A DNA stretch of 64,000 bases from contig OX597843.1 of assembly GCA_951406725.2 (NCBI GenBank), forward strand, positions 20,336,001 to 20,400,000, written 5' to 3'. This document shows, one piece after another, positions 18,541 through 31,223 of the stretch; the first letter of the stretch is position 1; every line of letters begins with the position of its first letter. Origin of the DNA: Octopus vulgaris (lineage: Eukaryota). The translations under genes and the position numbers were made by a program. A model generated the notes under the pieces. It made no database searches, was not told the DNA's origin, and saw only the letters and a list, made by a program, of their open reading frames with translations.

Positions 18541-19092
18541 AATTAGTAATGCAATACTAGAGCATTGCTTTGTAGTAAAGAATAGCCCGTGAGGGAAAAT
18601 ACACAAAGAGTAAATATATGGCCCAACGAAGTACCGATATTTACTGGAAATAGCGAACGTAATAATACGACGCTAATGTATAGCTTCACCGCGTATGTAC
18701 TAGCAAAAGTGCGTGTGTGCAACAAACTAGAAAAAATTGTCTTACCTCCAGGGAGAACATCTGAAAGATGAAATACCTAGAAAAGGATAATATGGGACCG
18801 GCGCCGGTTTCAGATTTTTCAAGATATGTCTGCACCCATAAATTGATCTATCTTCATCAGCCAAACATATACCACAACAAAATTTCAGATGTTACCACAT
18901 TAATGCCATTAAACTCGACTGAAACGCCGAAACGCTAACAGCACGAGAACGGTGAAGAAGTTTCAATAAATTAGTAATGCAATACTAGAGTTTGCTTTCC
19001 AGTAAAGAATAGCCCGTGAGGGAAAAATATACAAAGAGTAAATATATGGCACAATGAAATCTTGAAGATATTTTAACATAGAAAATCTAAGA
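18541..19092 (-). mobile_element. Non-coding PLE/retrozyme-like module with ~80-bp direct terminal repeats and a central hammerhead
   Basis: aattagtaatgcaatactagag...gagtaaatatatggc occurs at 18541 and again at 18969; (TA)n on both sides. Confidence 0.75.
18793..18863 (-). ncRNA. Type I hammerhead ribozyme motif, intact core
   Basis: Minus strand: tgg CTGATGA agat...atct GAAA ccggcgccgg TC cca. 12-nt palindrome accggcgccggt; GUC site. Confidence 0.85.
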
Positions 19093-19093
19093 A

Positions 19094-19150
<57 letters not shown>

Positions 19151-19233
19151 TATATACATATATATATATATATACATATATATACATATATAGACATATA
19201 TACATATATATATACACATATATATATATATAC

Positions 19234-19266
<33 letters not shown>

Positions 19267-19321
19267 AGTGAATGGAAGAAATGGAGTTGAACGAAGGTTG
19301 TACAGAATTCCTTTTATTACA

Positions 19322-19401
19322 TTCTACACATGTTTCAAAGGCCACAATTTTCCAAATTCTGATTAAATAAGAATACCATATTGCAGCTTTCTCTTCAGGA
19401 A
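19322..19401 (-). ncRNA. Hammerhead ribozyme motif (left arm)
   Basis: Inverted copy of 19816-19895. Confidence 0.75.
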
Positions 19402-19815
19402 AAACCAGGAATTACGTTGTCAGAACAAAACAAAACAGAGGCGCAGCAAAGCAATTCGAACGAGGACGCTCCTTATGAGCCCATGGGTAAACTGTTTATC
19501 AATGTACGTTGAAATCGGGGGGTTGGTGGGGGCCGACAAATAATACACCCTGTATTCTTATAATATTCAGAACATTAGTTTTGGTCACACAGAGCATCTC
19601 CACACCCCTTGTTCTCATTAATTCCTCACCTACTAGATTTGACCGCGGCCTGACCTGGATTTATTCCAACGGACCTTTTGTCGGCCCCCACCAACACCCC
19701 GATTTCAACGTACATTGATAAACATTTTACCCATGGGCTCTTAAGGAACGTCCTCGTTCGAATTGCTTTGCTGCGCCTCTGTTTTGTTTTGTTCTGACAA
19801 CGTAATTCCTGGTTT

Positions 19816-19895
19816 TTCCTGAAGAGAAAGCTGCAATATGGTATCCTTATTTAATCAGAATTTGGAAAATTGTGGCCTTTGAAACATGTGTAGAA
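19816..19895 (+). ncRNA. Minimal type I hammerhead ribozyme motif (right arm)
   Basis: ttc CTGAAGA gaaagc...gccttt GAAA catgtg TA gaa. Helix I ttc/gaa; GUA site. Confidence 0.78.
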
Positions 19896-20093
19896 TGTAA
19901 TAAAAGGAATTCTGTACAATCTTCGTTCAACTCCATTTCTTCCATTCACTAATTATATTAAACTTCAATTATCCGCACCAACGCACGGTTGCAACACCAT
20001 ATGGTCTTATCTCCAACCGTGTTTTTTCTGCTGTGATTTTTGCTACCCAGGTATCGGTTAAACTTTTGAATAATCCGTAACAAGAAAATTCAT

Positions 20094-20417
<324 letters not shown>

Positions 20418-20421
<4 letters not shown>

Positions 20422-21056
20422 AAAATTAATTAAGGGTAGAAATTGATATTAGTCAATTAAAACCAGTGGTCTAGCATATTAAAAAGAATCCTAAGATTAA
20501 AATATTTATATATCCCAATTAAGGACTGAACACGAAATGTGGACAGTCAACATGCTAGATATAGACGTCAAATCGCCATTCTCCACAAAGATTATGTTCT
20601 CAAATAAAACTCAGCACAAAACCAAAGCAATATATAAGACAAATGAAAATATACGAAATGAAATAATTACCCATGTACCGATCAGTTCCAGTTATTAATA
20701 TCCGCAAGGATATCTGTAACTTCGTCAGCATGGTCTGTTATGAACATAATTTGCTGGACTAGATGCAAAAAACGATACCGGTATGTCGCATGCATAAAGT
20801 AGAACCGATTAATTTCGAATGTATCTTTCAAATGCCTTTACTTTGGCGCGCTGGGACCCGAAAATCCAGTCAATTTATCGGTTAAAGATCATATATTTTA
20901 TATAAAATTAATTAAGGGTAGAAATTGATATTAATCTTCGGATTCTTTTTAATATGCTAGACCACTGGTTATAATTGACTAACATCAATTTCTACCTTTA
21001 ATTAATTTTATATAAAATGTTGACTGTCCACTTTTCGTGTTCAGTCCTTAATTGGT
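20418..21056 (-). mobile_element. Non-coding PLE-type module with direct and inverted terminal repeats and a hammerhead
   Basis: taaaattaattaagggtagaaattgatatta is repeated at ~20421 and ~20903, and inverted at ~20941-21012. Confidence 0.75.
20671..20733 (-). ncRNA. Hammerhead ribozyme motif with one core substitution (GAAA>GGAA)
   Basis: Minus strand: ccatg CTGACGA agtta...taact GGAA ctgatcgg TA catgg. Perfect 5-bp helices I and II. Confidence 0.75.
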
Positions 21057-21082
21057 ATATGTATATATATATATATATATAA

Positions 21083-22596
21083 ATCCTTATATCGTTAAAA
21101 ATGTCTTAGCCCGAAGGCCGCGGCCATGCTGGGGCACCACCGCTGAATGAGCTACACTAATTTGTGAATCCACCTCTGATACGTGGCACTTGATCAACAA
21201 GGGAGTTCGATGCTGCTGCCCGCATCCGCGTCTCCTGTCGTGAGGTAGGTTCATCTGGGACTCCCAACAAGAAGAGATCCAGTTTAGTTTTAAAGAAACC
21301 CACATCTACACCATGTAAGTCTCTCAGGCATTTAGGGAGGATGTTAAAGAGCTGTGGTCCTCTGAAACCCAAGCTGTTGCAGTATCTGGACCTGTATTTT
21401 GATGGTGATGTTGGAATCCTTGGCACCATGCAGTGGCGCCCGTCTGCGCAACTTTGAATGCTAAAGTTTGGGACAAGACCCTCCAGGATATTCCAGATGT
21501 ATATCACCGCATATCTCTCCCACCTCCGCTCTGGGGAGAAGAGGTTTAATACCTTCAGTCTTTCCCAGTAGCTGATATTTTGCATTGAGACGATTTTCTT
21601 TGTTTAGCTTCTCTGAATTGCTTCGAGTTCTGCTGTTAGTTTTATATTGTGTGGTGACCACAGTTGGGAGCAGTAGTCCAAGCAGCTGAGGACGAATGTT
21701 TTCCATAGGACCATCAGTGTCTCCTTCTCTCTTGTTCAGAAAGTTCGGAGAATCCATCCAGCTAGCCGTCTGCATTTTATCACCAGATTAGCAATATGCA
21801 CTTGGAAAGATGCATCATTGCTCATGTCAATGTCCAGGTCACGCATTGATTTTAACTCAGGGATTGCAATTCTTCCTTGGCCAGTGTATCCAGTCTGCAC
21901 GTCGTTTACCTTTGTGTGCCAGTAGGGTAGGGCCTGGAACTTACCTGCATTACACTGCATGTTGTTGTCCTCAGCCCACCTGTATATTGTGTCCAGCTCC
22001 TGTTGCAGATGCGCAATATTTTCAGGGTTTTGTATTGCGTGGGAGACTTGTGTGTCATCTGCATAGCTAGCAAGGGTGGTCATCGTAGTAACTGAAGGCA
22101 TGTTTGAAAGGGCAACTATGAACATCAGTGGCCCCAAGACAGTGCCCTGTGGGACAGCGCTTGTTATTTGCGTTTCCTTGGAGGTGGCTCCATTGCTCAC
22201 AACTGCCTGTTTTCTGTCTTTTAGGAAGTTGTGCAGCCACTCTCCAAGTTTTCCGCCTATGCCGAGACCACGCAGTTTGTGACAGATCATACCATGGTCG
22301 ACCTTATCAAAGGCCTTTGCAAAGTCGAGATATATTACATCCACATTTGAGCCATTTAATAGCTGTTTCAACACCCAGTCATAGTGTTGCCGGAGCTGTG
22401 TTAGGCAGCCTCTACCTGGTCGAAATCCATGCTGGGTGTCAGACAGCAAGTCATTTTCTTCAAGGAACATGATTATTTTCTTACGGACTATTGGTTTCAT
22501 GACTTTGCTGATGTGTGAGGTCAGAGAGATAGGCCTATAACTTTTAGCATCTGCTCTGCTACCTCCCTTATGGATAGGGCATATTACCCCCTCTTT

Positions 22597-22600
<4 letters not shown>
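21083..22600 (-). mobile_element. CR1-group LINE, 5'-truncated, near-identical inverted copy of 16823-18352
   Basis: ORFs 21736-22599 and 21157-21585 are almost identical to the RT and C-terminus of the 14700-18352 element. Confidence 0.95.
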
Positions 22601-22638
<38 letters not shown>

Positions 22639-22646
22639 GTTATATA

Positions 22647-22732
<86 letters not shown>

Positions 22733-22734
22733 CA

Positions 22735-22825
<91 letters not shown>
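22600..22825. repeat. (TA)n microsatellite
   Basis: Directly visible. Confidence 0.98.
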
Positions 22826-24676
22826 TTTATTTTACTTTATTTTATTTTATCTAGTTTCAGCTCACGAGCTGTGGCCTTGCTGGGTCACCGCCATTTGGTG
22901 TTGCTATATGGTTTTACTTCACGAATGCTTTTTAGCAACTGCCATTTGGTGCATGAGAGAGTTCTATGCAGCTGCCCTCATCTGCACCTCCTGCCGTGAA
23001 GTTGGTTCATCTGGGACACCTGACAAGAAGAGATCCAGTTTCATTTTAAAGACATCTGCATCCACCCCATGCAGGTCTCTTAGGTTCTTCGAGAGGATAT
23101 TGAAGAGCTGTGGGCCTCGGAAGCCCAGGCTATCATAGTATCTTGTCCTACATCTTGATGGCAAATTTGGAGTCCTTGGCACCACGCAGTGGCGCCCAGT
23201 TCTGGCATTTGTGTAACTCTCGATGCCAAAGTTTGGGACAAGTCCTTCCAGAAACTTGCAGATGTATATTATGGCATATCTTTCTCGCCTACGCTCCAAG
23301 GAATAGAGTTTTAATCTCGTGAGTCTTTCCCAGTTTCTTATATGCTGCATAGAGGCTATCTTCGTGTAGCTACGTTGGATCGCCTCAAGTTCTGTGATCA
23401 ACTGGATGGTGACCATAGCTGAGTGCAATAGTCAAAGTGGCTTAGGACAAGTGTCCTCCAGAGGACCATCATGGTTTCTTGTACTCTTGTTCTGAAGGTT
23501 CTAAGAATCAATCCGGCCAGTCGTCTACATTTCATTGCCAATTTAGCAACATGTACACGGAAGGTTACATCATCACTCATGTAAACACCCAGGTCACGCA
23601 CTGATTGTGCCCCTGGGATTGCAATTCCTCCGGGTCCAGTGTATTCATTGGGTATTGCATTTAGTTTTGCATGCTGATATCATAAAGCTTGAAACTTTTC
23701 AGCATTGAACTGCATGCTATTCTTTTCAGCCCACTTGTATATTTTGTCCAGCTCACATTGCAGGCGTTTAATGTGTTCAGGGTTCTGTATTGCCTGTGAA
23801 ACTTTTGTATCATCTGCATAACTTGTGATCGTGGCTCTCTGCGTGGCTGAGGGCATGTCTGAGAGGGCCATTATGAAAAGTAGTGGTCCCAAAACACTGC
23901 CCTGCGGAACACCGCTCACTATTTGCGTGTTAATGGAAGTGGCCCCATTGGCTACTACCACCTGACTTCTATCCTTCAGAAAGTCATGAAGCCATTCTCC
24001 CAGTTTTCCAACTATGCTAAGATCACGCAGTTTGTGACATATCATTCCATGAATTGCTCATTCAGTATTTCACTTACCCTCATTGGATTTCCTGTGAGTG
24101 TGCCATCCTTTTCAAGGAGTGGCCCTATCCTACAATGCACCGTAGCTGTTTCTTTGGCATACTTGTAGAAATCTCTGGGGTTAGGTTTTATGTTGTCTAT
24201 AGCCCAGGCTTCTTTGTCTGCTCTTTCCTTTTCATGTGAGAGTTGCAGACATTTTTCAATTTCCAACAGTTTTATTTTCAGGCGGTACTTTTCACTGCTT
24301 TCAATTTGTTTGTTTAGGCGATTTGAAATTTTTGTGCGCCGTCTCATTAAAATTTTCCTCTCTCTGGGGATTTGGTTCTTGTGCACAGTGGCCTTTCTCT
24401 CTGGGACACATTTGTAGCATATGGCTTGCATTACAGACATGAATTATTGAAGTTTCACGTCGATGTCAAGCGAGGAGAGACATTCAAGCCAGTTTTGTTT
24501 GAGGATCTCTTTCTCAATTTGTTTCCAGTTTGCCTTATGGAAGTTCAAGCTGGAAGGATTCTGAGAGTTTCTTGTAGGCTGCATGTCCATGCTTTCATTT
24601 GGCCCGTACATGGTCAGATCTAACATGTTGTGATCCGAGAGTAGTGTCGGTTTCACTTTCACATTATGGATGAGAT

Positions 24677-24680
<4 letters not shown>
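22826..24680 (-). mobile_element. CR1-group LINE, second subfamily, 5'-truncated and internally deleted
   Basis: SDHN, NFHKANWK, GVPQGSVLGPLLF, YADD and [11 protein letters not shown] motifs; jumps from ILNEQF to MICHKL at ~24045; (taaaa)n tail. Confidence 0.93.
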
Positions 24681-24720
<40 letters not shown>

Positions 24721-24931
24721 TAAATATTAGGGAATAAATCCAAATTTATATATATATATATATACACTACAGCGAAACAGAAAATTCGCTTTTTGGAAAA
24801 TGATACAAAATCAGAATAAAGCTGAGATTTAGCAAAATTGGCTAGACTCAACACCCCTAGTCATACCCCGTAAATTACAAATCAAGCCCATCTCGGAAGA
24901 ACCAGAAGAACAAAGAAAACTTATAGAAAAA

Positions 24932-25756
24932 ATGTCATTAGAAAAAATGAAGATGGAAATAGAACTACTCAAGCTGAGAGCTAAGACGAAGGAAGAAAAA
25001 GTTAAAACCATAGACGAGGAAATCAACGAAGAAGTCATCAAACTAATAGACGACATCAATACTGAAACATTACCAGCACTATGGAATGAAGAATGTAATA
25101 AAGAGGAACTCAAGTCCCTCCAACGATGGGAAAAGAGCGCCATCTGGTTTTTAGATTATGAAACCAACTTCAAAAATGAACACATATCCAACAACCCCTT
25201 CATAAAATTAAGTAAATCAAAACCAAATACCAGCAGAACGGAACAACCACCAAGAAATCCTAACACACTCTACACCAGAAAAGTACACCTAAAACACACC
25301 CCACACTACCTACACCAACCCCAAAACACATACAGAGCCTCACCACACCAGTTCGAAAATAGACATACCAACAGAGCAGAACAACCACCAAGAAATCCAA
25401 ACACACTCTACACCAGTAAAATACATTTAAAACGCACCCCACACTACCTACACCAACTCCAAAACACTTACAGGGTCCCACCACACCATTCCACGAACCC
25501 AAGAGCCACAACATACAATACTATGAAATACAATCCACATAACCAAACCAAAACGCTACTACCAAACATCCACCCCAGGAACCAACCATACAAACATAAC
25601 AAACAACAAATGCACTACGGAGGAAACAACTACCAACACAATATACCTGATGAACTAAGACGGAACACTAGGTACAACAACACACTCCAGAACAGAGCAC
25701 CACAAACTCACTCTGACAATTATAACAACATGAGACAGATAAATAGTAGTTTTTAA
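24932..25756 (+). CDS. PLE upstream ORF (helical/coiled-coil-like N-part; duplicated ~39-aa N/H/P-rich repeat)
   Basis: 274-aa ORF; the frame extends upstream past a stop to ~24770 (RKFAFWKMIQNQNKAEI*QNWLDSTPLVIPRKLQI), homologous to ORF 45132-45380 of another PLE. Confidence 0.6.
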   Translation: MSLEKMKMEIELLKLRAKTKEEKVKTIDEEINEEVIKLIDDINTETLPALWNEECNKEELKSLQRWEKSAIWFLDYETNFKNEHISNNPFIKLSKSKPNTSRTEQPPRNPNTLYTRKVHLKHTPHYLHQPQNTYRASPHQFENRHTNRAEQPPRNPNTLYTSKIHLKRTPHYLHQLQNTYRVPPHHSTNPRATTYNTMKYNPHNQTKTLLPNIHPRNQPYKHNKQQMHYGGNNYQHNIPDELRRNTRYNNTLQNRAPQTHSDNYNNMRQINSSF

Positions 25757-27446
25757 CATAACTACACCAACCATTTTTTAGACCTTACACACAGGAACAG
25801 GGACACACGATGGCAAAGGACAAACAAAAGAAACCTCAGGTAATTAAGATAATCAATCTCTCAAACAAAGAACTTACACCTAACGAAATAAGCATACTCT
25901 CCAAAGGACTTAAATTTACACCTACCCCACAACGTTCTAATTACTATGAAATGAAAGATGATATTTCGGAATTTTGCAGAAAATTAAGACTCACCGAGGC
26001 ATTTCAAGACAAACAAATAGAGGAGGACTCAATAGCTAGAAACAAGAGCAATTACACCCCCACCAAGGGAAAGAATAAAGCCTTAGACCGCTATTGTGAC
26101 TACATAACTAATTTCCCGTTTCAATTTATCAAGAAACAAAAACACAGCCCTAACTTCAACAAAAGAGAATGGAACGACCTCATCAAACTAAGAGAAGACA
26201 AAACAATAACAATTAAGGAGGCAGATAAGGGCAACGCGATAGTAATAATGAATACAAACGATTATAAAAATTTAGTGCTATCCCTATTAAGAGATGAAAC
26301 GTATTATGAAAGGGCCCAACAGTATAATCAGCAAAAAATAATGCATAACCTTAGGACATTAATCAACACATACCAAGAAGGACTCACGAACAAGGAGTAT
26401 GAATACATCACAAACTTCAAATGCAAATCGAGTTTGTTCTATGGTATCCCTAAGGAATTTCTTAGACACACTTCTTAAACCTTTCCTAAAACACATCAAA
26501 AGCTACGTAAGAGACGATATAGATATGCTCAACCACCTCCCTAAAACAGTCAATGATAAAACCCTTCTAGTATCATTCGACGTAGTTAATCTTTATTCTA
26601 ACATCCCCCCACAACCTAGGAATAGAAGCGATCACCTTCTGGCTGAATAACTACCCCTTTGAACTCCCAACTCGCATAAACAAAGACCTAATAATAGAAG
26701 GACTTAGATTTATTTTAGAGAACAATTATTTTATTTTTGACAATGATTTCTACAGACAAAGATCGGGAACAGCGATGGGCACGCGTACCTGCACCATCTT
26801 TTGCCAACCTAGTGATGGGATACCTCGAGAAAATACTCTACCGGATAACACTCGAGAAATATGGAAACACCTTCGCCACCTATATCCATAACAACTGGAA
26901 AAGATACCTCGATGACTGTTTCATCATCTGGGACAAAGGTATAGAGAAACTTGAGGAATTTAAAATACTATTAAATGGAATAAATGACAATATACAATTC
27001 ACGATGGACCACAACGATAACGAATTACCATTTTTAGACATCCTCATTAAGAAAACCGGCAACAAAATAGAGACAGATATCTACTATAAACCGACAGACT
27101 CCAAACAGTACCTACCCTCTGATTCATGCCACCCACGACACACTAGAATGAATGTCACTTTTTGTTTAGCTAGAAGGATTTGCACCGTAATATCAGACAC
27201 AAACACCCGACACACACGTCTCCAGGAACTTAGAACCACACTCACAAATAGAAATTATCCACAGACCCTAATAGACAGTGCAATCCAACGGGTACTTAAA
27301 TTAAGTATAGAAGACCTAGACAAACAAAACCAAAAAAGAAAGAACAATTAAAAACCCTTCCCTACATCTCTACACACAACCCACTCAACAATGAGGCCTT
27401 CAACACCATACTACAAAGCACAGCCCTACTTAAGGGAGACCCAAAG

Positions 27447-27977
27447 ATGAACCGGATCCTCGAAACACACACCATCATTAAAAGTAAACGGCAACCAAAA
27501 TCCTTGAAAAGGATCTTAACCCAAGCTACACTGCACTCAACATCAACTACAAAACCAGCAGTTAGAAAATATGGAAGGCCCAACTGCGGAATCTGCGACA
27601 TCTTGAAAGAAGGATCAGAATTTATACTGGAACAAGGCCACCAGTTCACCATTAGAACAAACTTCGCCTGCGCATCAGAAAACTTAATTTACGTCATAAC
27701 ATGCGCAGGCTGCAATAGGCAGTATATAGGCCATACAAAAAATAGCTTACGTAACAGGATGGCGGTGCATAAATCACAAATTAGAAACCCTGATTACCGG
27801 AAAATACCGGTCAGCGGACACATAGATAGATGTGCTGGAAATGTAAATCCGAAATTTACAACTAACCCGCTCTATAAATTCAGTGACAACGCAACCTTCA
27901 CGCAACGCCAAAATAAAGAACTGCATTTCATAAAAAAATTTAAACCAAGTTTAAACACCCTGGGCCAGGAATATTAA
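27447..27977 (+). CDS. PLE GIY-YIG endonuclease domain
   Basis: LIY...YIG motif preceded by CGIC, with conserved R, H and E residues and PSLN near the end. Confidence 0.9.
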   Translation: MNRILETHTIIKSKRQPKSLKRILTQATLHSTSTTKPAVRKYGRPNCGICDILKEGSEFILEQGHQFTIRTNFACASENLIYVITCAGCNRQYIGHTKNSLRNRMAVHKSQIRNPDYRKIPVSGHIDRCAGNVNPKFTTNPLYKFSDNATFTQRQNKELHFIKKFKPSLNTLGQEY

Positions 27978-28167
27978 AACAAAAGATAGGTCCTCCGAAA
28001 AGGAGAAGCAAAATTCCACCAGGGCCGCTACCTTAAACAGTCACTCACACTGACGGAAATATGCCTTAGGAAAAAAGGGGAAAAAATTTATAAAAAGATC
28101 TCTTCGTACAAATCTAACCCTGATGGACTGACCACATACGATACAGCTTAAGGGTCAGACCCGATTC

Positions 28168-28522
28168 TGATTGGTCAACACGTTGATGACGTCTAATTCT
28201 GCTAGACTGGACAGGATACAGACAAGGTCAGAGATTAGTCAGAATATTGATGACGTCCTTTTCTGCTTGACTAGTCACCTAACAGGTACAGACAAGGGGC
28301 AGATCTAATACAGCTATAAGTCGTGATTGGTCAGAATTTTGATGACGTCCCGTTCTGCTTGACTAAGCCACCTAACGAAACGATTGGTCAAAACAGGAAT
28401 ACAGACAAGAGGCAGTTATAATACAGCGATAGGTCACGATTGGTCAGAATGTTGATGACGTCCCGTTCTGCTTGACTAAGCCACCTAACGAAACGATTGG
28501 TCAAAACGTTGATGACATCACG
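28168..28522 (+). repeat. Imperfect tandem array in the PLE 3' region carrying ATTGG and TGACGT motifs
   Basis: gattggtca(g/a)aa.gttgatgacgtc-like unit at ~28169, 28233, 28325, 28382 (partial), 28438 and 28495. Confidence 0.85.
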
Positions 28523-28859
28523 TTACGCTGGACTGACCAGTGTTATAAAACTGAACAATTCACAAGATTCGCCAGAATCATCCAGCGAACACCACAGCTG
28601 CTCAAGGTAAAAATGAATTCCTCTCTCTTTCAGGAACATCAGTTTTTTGTATTGACTACATATCGCCGCTTTGATCTGTTTTTTGTATTGGATGCATGTC
28701 ACCACCGTGAACCGCTGCATCATGCACTTTAAACATATAGCATGAACGAACTCACTTCAAAATCTATATATATGAACTTTATCATGTATGACACCGTTGC
28801 GTATTATAAATGAATTTCTTGTGATTGATAGCACGAACTATCTTTTTTTATATATAACT

Positions 28860-28901
28860 TTTTTTGATAAGGTTCATTTCAGGAACTGAAACATGTTATA
28901 A
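28860..28901 (+). ncRNA. Hammerhead-like motif, U3-A8 variant, at the PLE 3' end
   Basis: TTGATAA ggttc atttcag gaact GAAA catg TT; palindrome acatgt; helix I weak. Confidence 0.5.
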
Positions 28902-28968
28902 TGTATATATAAAAATAAAAAATTGTATAATATAGCAGCATTTTCGAACTTCATTTTTTACAAATATA

Positions 28969-29037
<69 letters not shown>

Positions 29038-29258
29038 AATATTAAAATTACTAAGTCTCTAAAAGAGAACAAAGGCAGCGTTTCCGGAAAATAATAGTTA
29101 TCGCCATACTAATATGGCATTCTTATAAAAATAAGAATAAAGCAGTCCGCTTATTAGCTCCATGAGGCATCGCCTTAAGTTAGCTATTTGATACACAAAC
29201 TGTATCCATATAACCTTCGAGCAAGGGAGGTCAGTCGCTCCACACTACTTGACCGGCA

Positions 29259-29300
29259 GCTACAGACGCGTTTCGGGGTATTGCCCCTTTTCAATGCAGC
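29259..29300 (-). ncRNA. Minimal type I hammerhead, U3-A8 core variant
   Basis: Minus strand: gctgca TTGAAAA gggg caata cccc GAAA cgcg TC tgtagc. 6-bp helix I, 4-bp GC helix II, palindrome acgcgt. Confidence 0.82.
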
Positions 29301-29620
29301 GTAGCCAGACCAGTAGGTGTCGCTTCTGACAATCTCTGTTCGAAGGTTTTATTTACCAGCTTCGGTGGAATACATCCACTTGTTTTCAATAATAGAAATA
29401 TTAAAATTACTAAGTCTCTCCAAAAGAGAACAACGGCAGGGTTTCCGGAAAATAATAGTTATCGCCATACTAATATGGCATTCTTATAAAAATAAGAATA
29501 AAGCTGTCCGCTTATTAGCTCCATGAGGCCATCGCCTTAAGTTAGCTATTTGATACACAAACTGTATCCATATAACCTTCGAACAAGGGAGGTCAGTCGC
29601 TCCACACTACTTGACCGGCA

Positions 29621-29662
29621 GCTACATACGCGTTTCGGTGTATTGCCCCTTTTCAATGCAGC
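29621..29662 (-). ncRNA. Minimal hammerhead, U3-A8 variant (unit 2)
   Basis: gctgca TTGAAAA gggg caata cacc GAAA cgcg TA tgtagc. Confidence 0.75.
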
Positions 29663-29971
29663 GTAGCCAGACCAGTAGGTGTCGCTTCTGACAATCTCTG
29701 TTCGAAGGTTTTATTTACCTAGCTTCGGTGGAATATATCCATGGCCTCATGGAGCTAATAAGCGGACAGCTTTATTCTTATTTCTATAAGAATGCCATAT
29801 TAGTATGGCGATAACTATTATTTTCCGGAAACCCTGCCGTTGTTCTCTTTTAGAGAGACTTAGTAATTTTAATATTTCTATTATTGAAAACAAGTGGATG
29901 TATTCCACCGAGCTGGTAAATAAAACCTTCCAACAGAGATTGTCAGAAGCGACACCTACTGGTCTGGCTAC

Positions 29972-30013
29972 GCTGCATTGAAAAGGGGCAATACCCCGAA
30001 ACGCATCTGTAGC
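29972..30013 (+). ncRNA. Minimal hammerhead, U3-A8 variant (inverted unit)
   Basis: gctgca TTGAAAA gggg caata cccc GAAA cgca TC tgtagc. Confidence 0.72.
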
Positions 30014-30176
30014 TGCCGGTCAAGTAGTGTGGAGCGACTAACCTCCCTTGTTCGAAGGTTATATGGATACAGTTTGTGTATCAATTGGCTACCTTAAGGC
30101 GATGGCCTCATGGAGCTAATAAGCGGACAGCTTTATTCTTATTTTTATAAGAATGACATATTAGTATGGCGATAAC

Positions 30177-31223
<1,047 letters not shown>

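Larger units (their letters stand above)
19265..19953. mobile_element. Fold-back element with ~275-bp near-perfect inverted arms, each with a hammerhead
   Basis: 19265-19540 is the reverse complement of ~19677-19953, with a ~140-bp spacer. Confidence 0.9.
24768..28965 (+). mobile_element. Penelope-like element, near full length (upstream ORF + RT + GIY-YIG + long 3' repeat region)
   Basis: IINLS...ILSKGLKFTPTP, IKEADKGNAIVIM, FYGIPK, SFDVVNLYSNIP, WKRYLDDCF, LPFLDI, YYKPTDS; CGIC finger; GIY-YIG NLIYVITCAGCNRQYIGHT...R...H...E; frameshifted. Confidence 0.95.

Noticed and set aside
28168-28522. Regularly spaced repeats resembling a CRISPR array
   Set aside because: The intervening sequences are homologous to each other, and the array lies inside a PLE 3' region.
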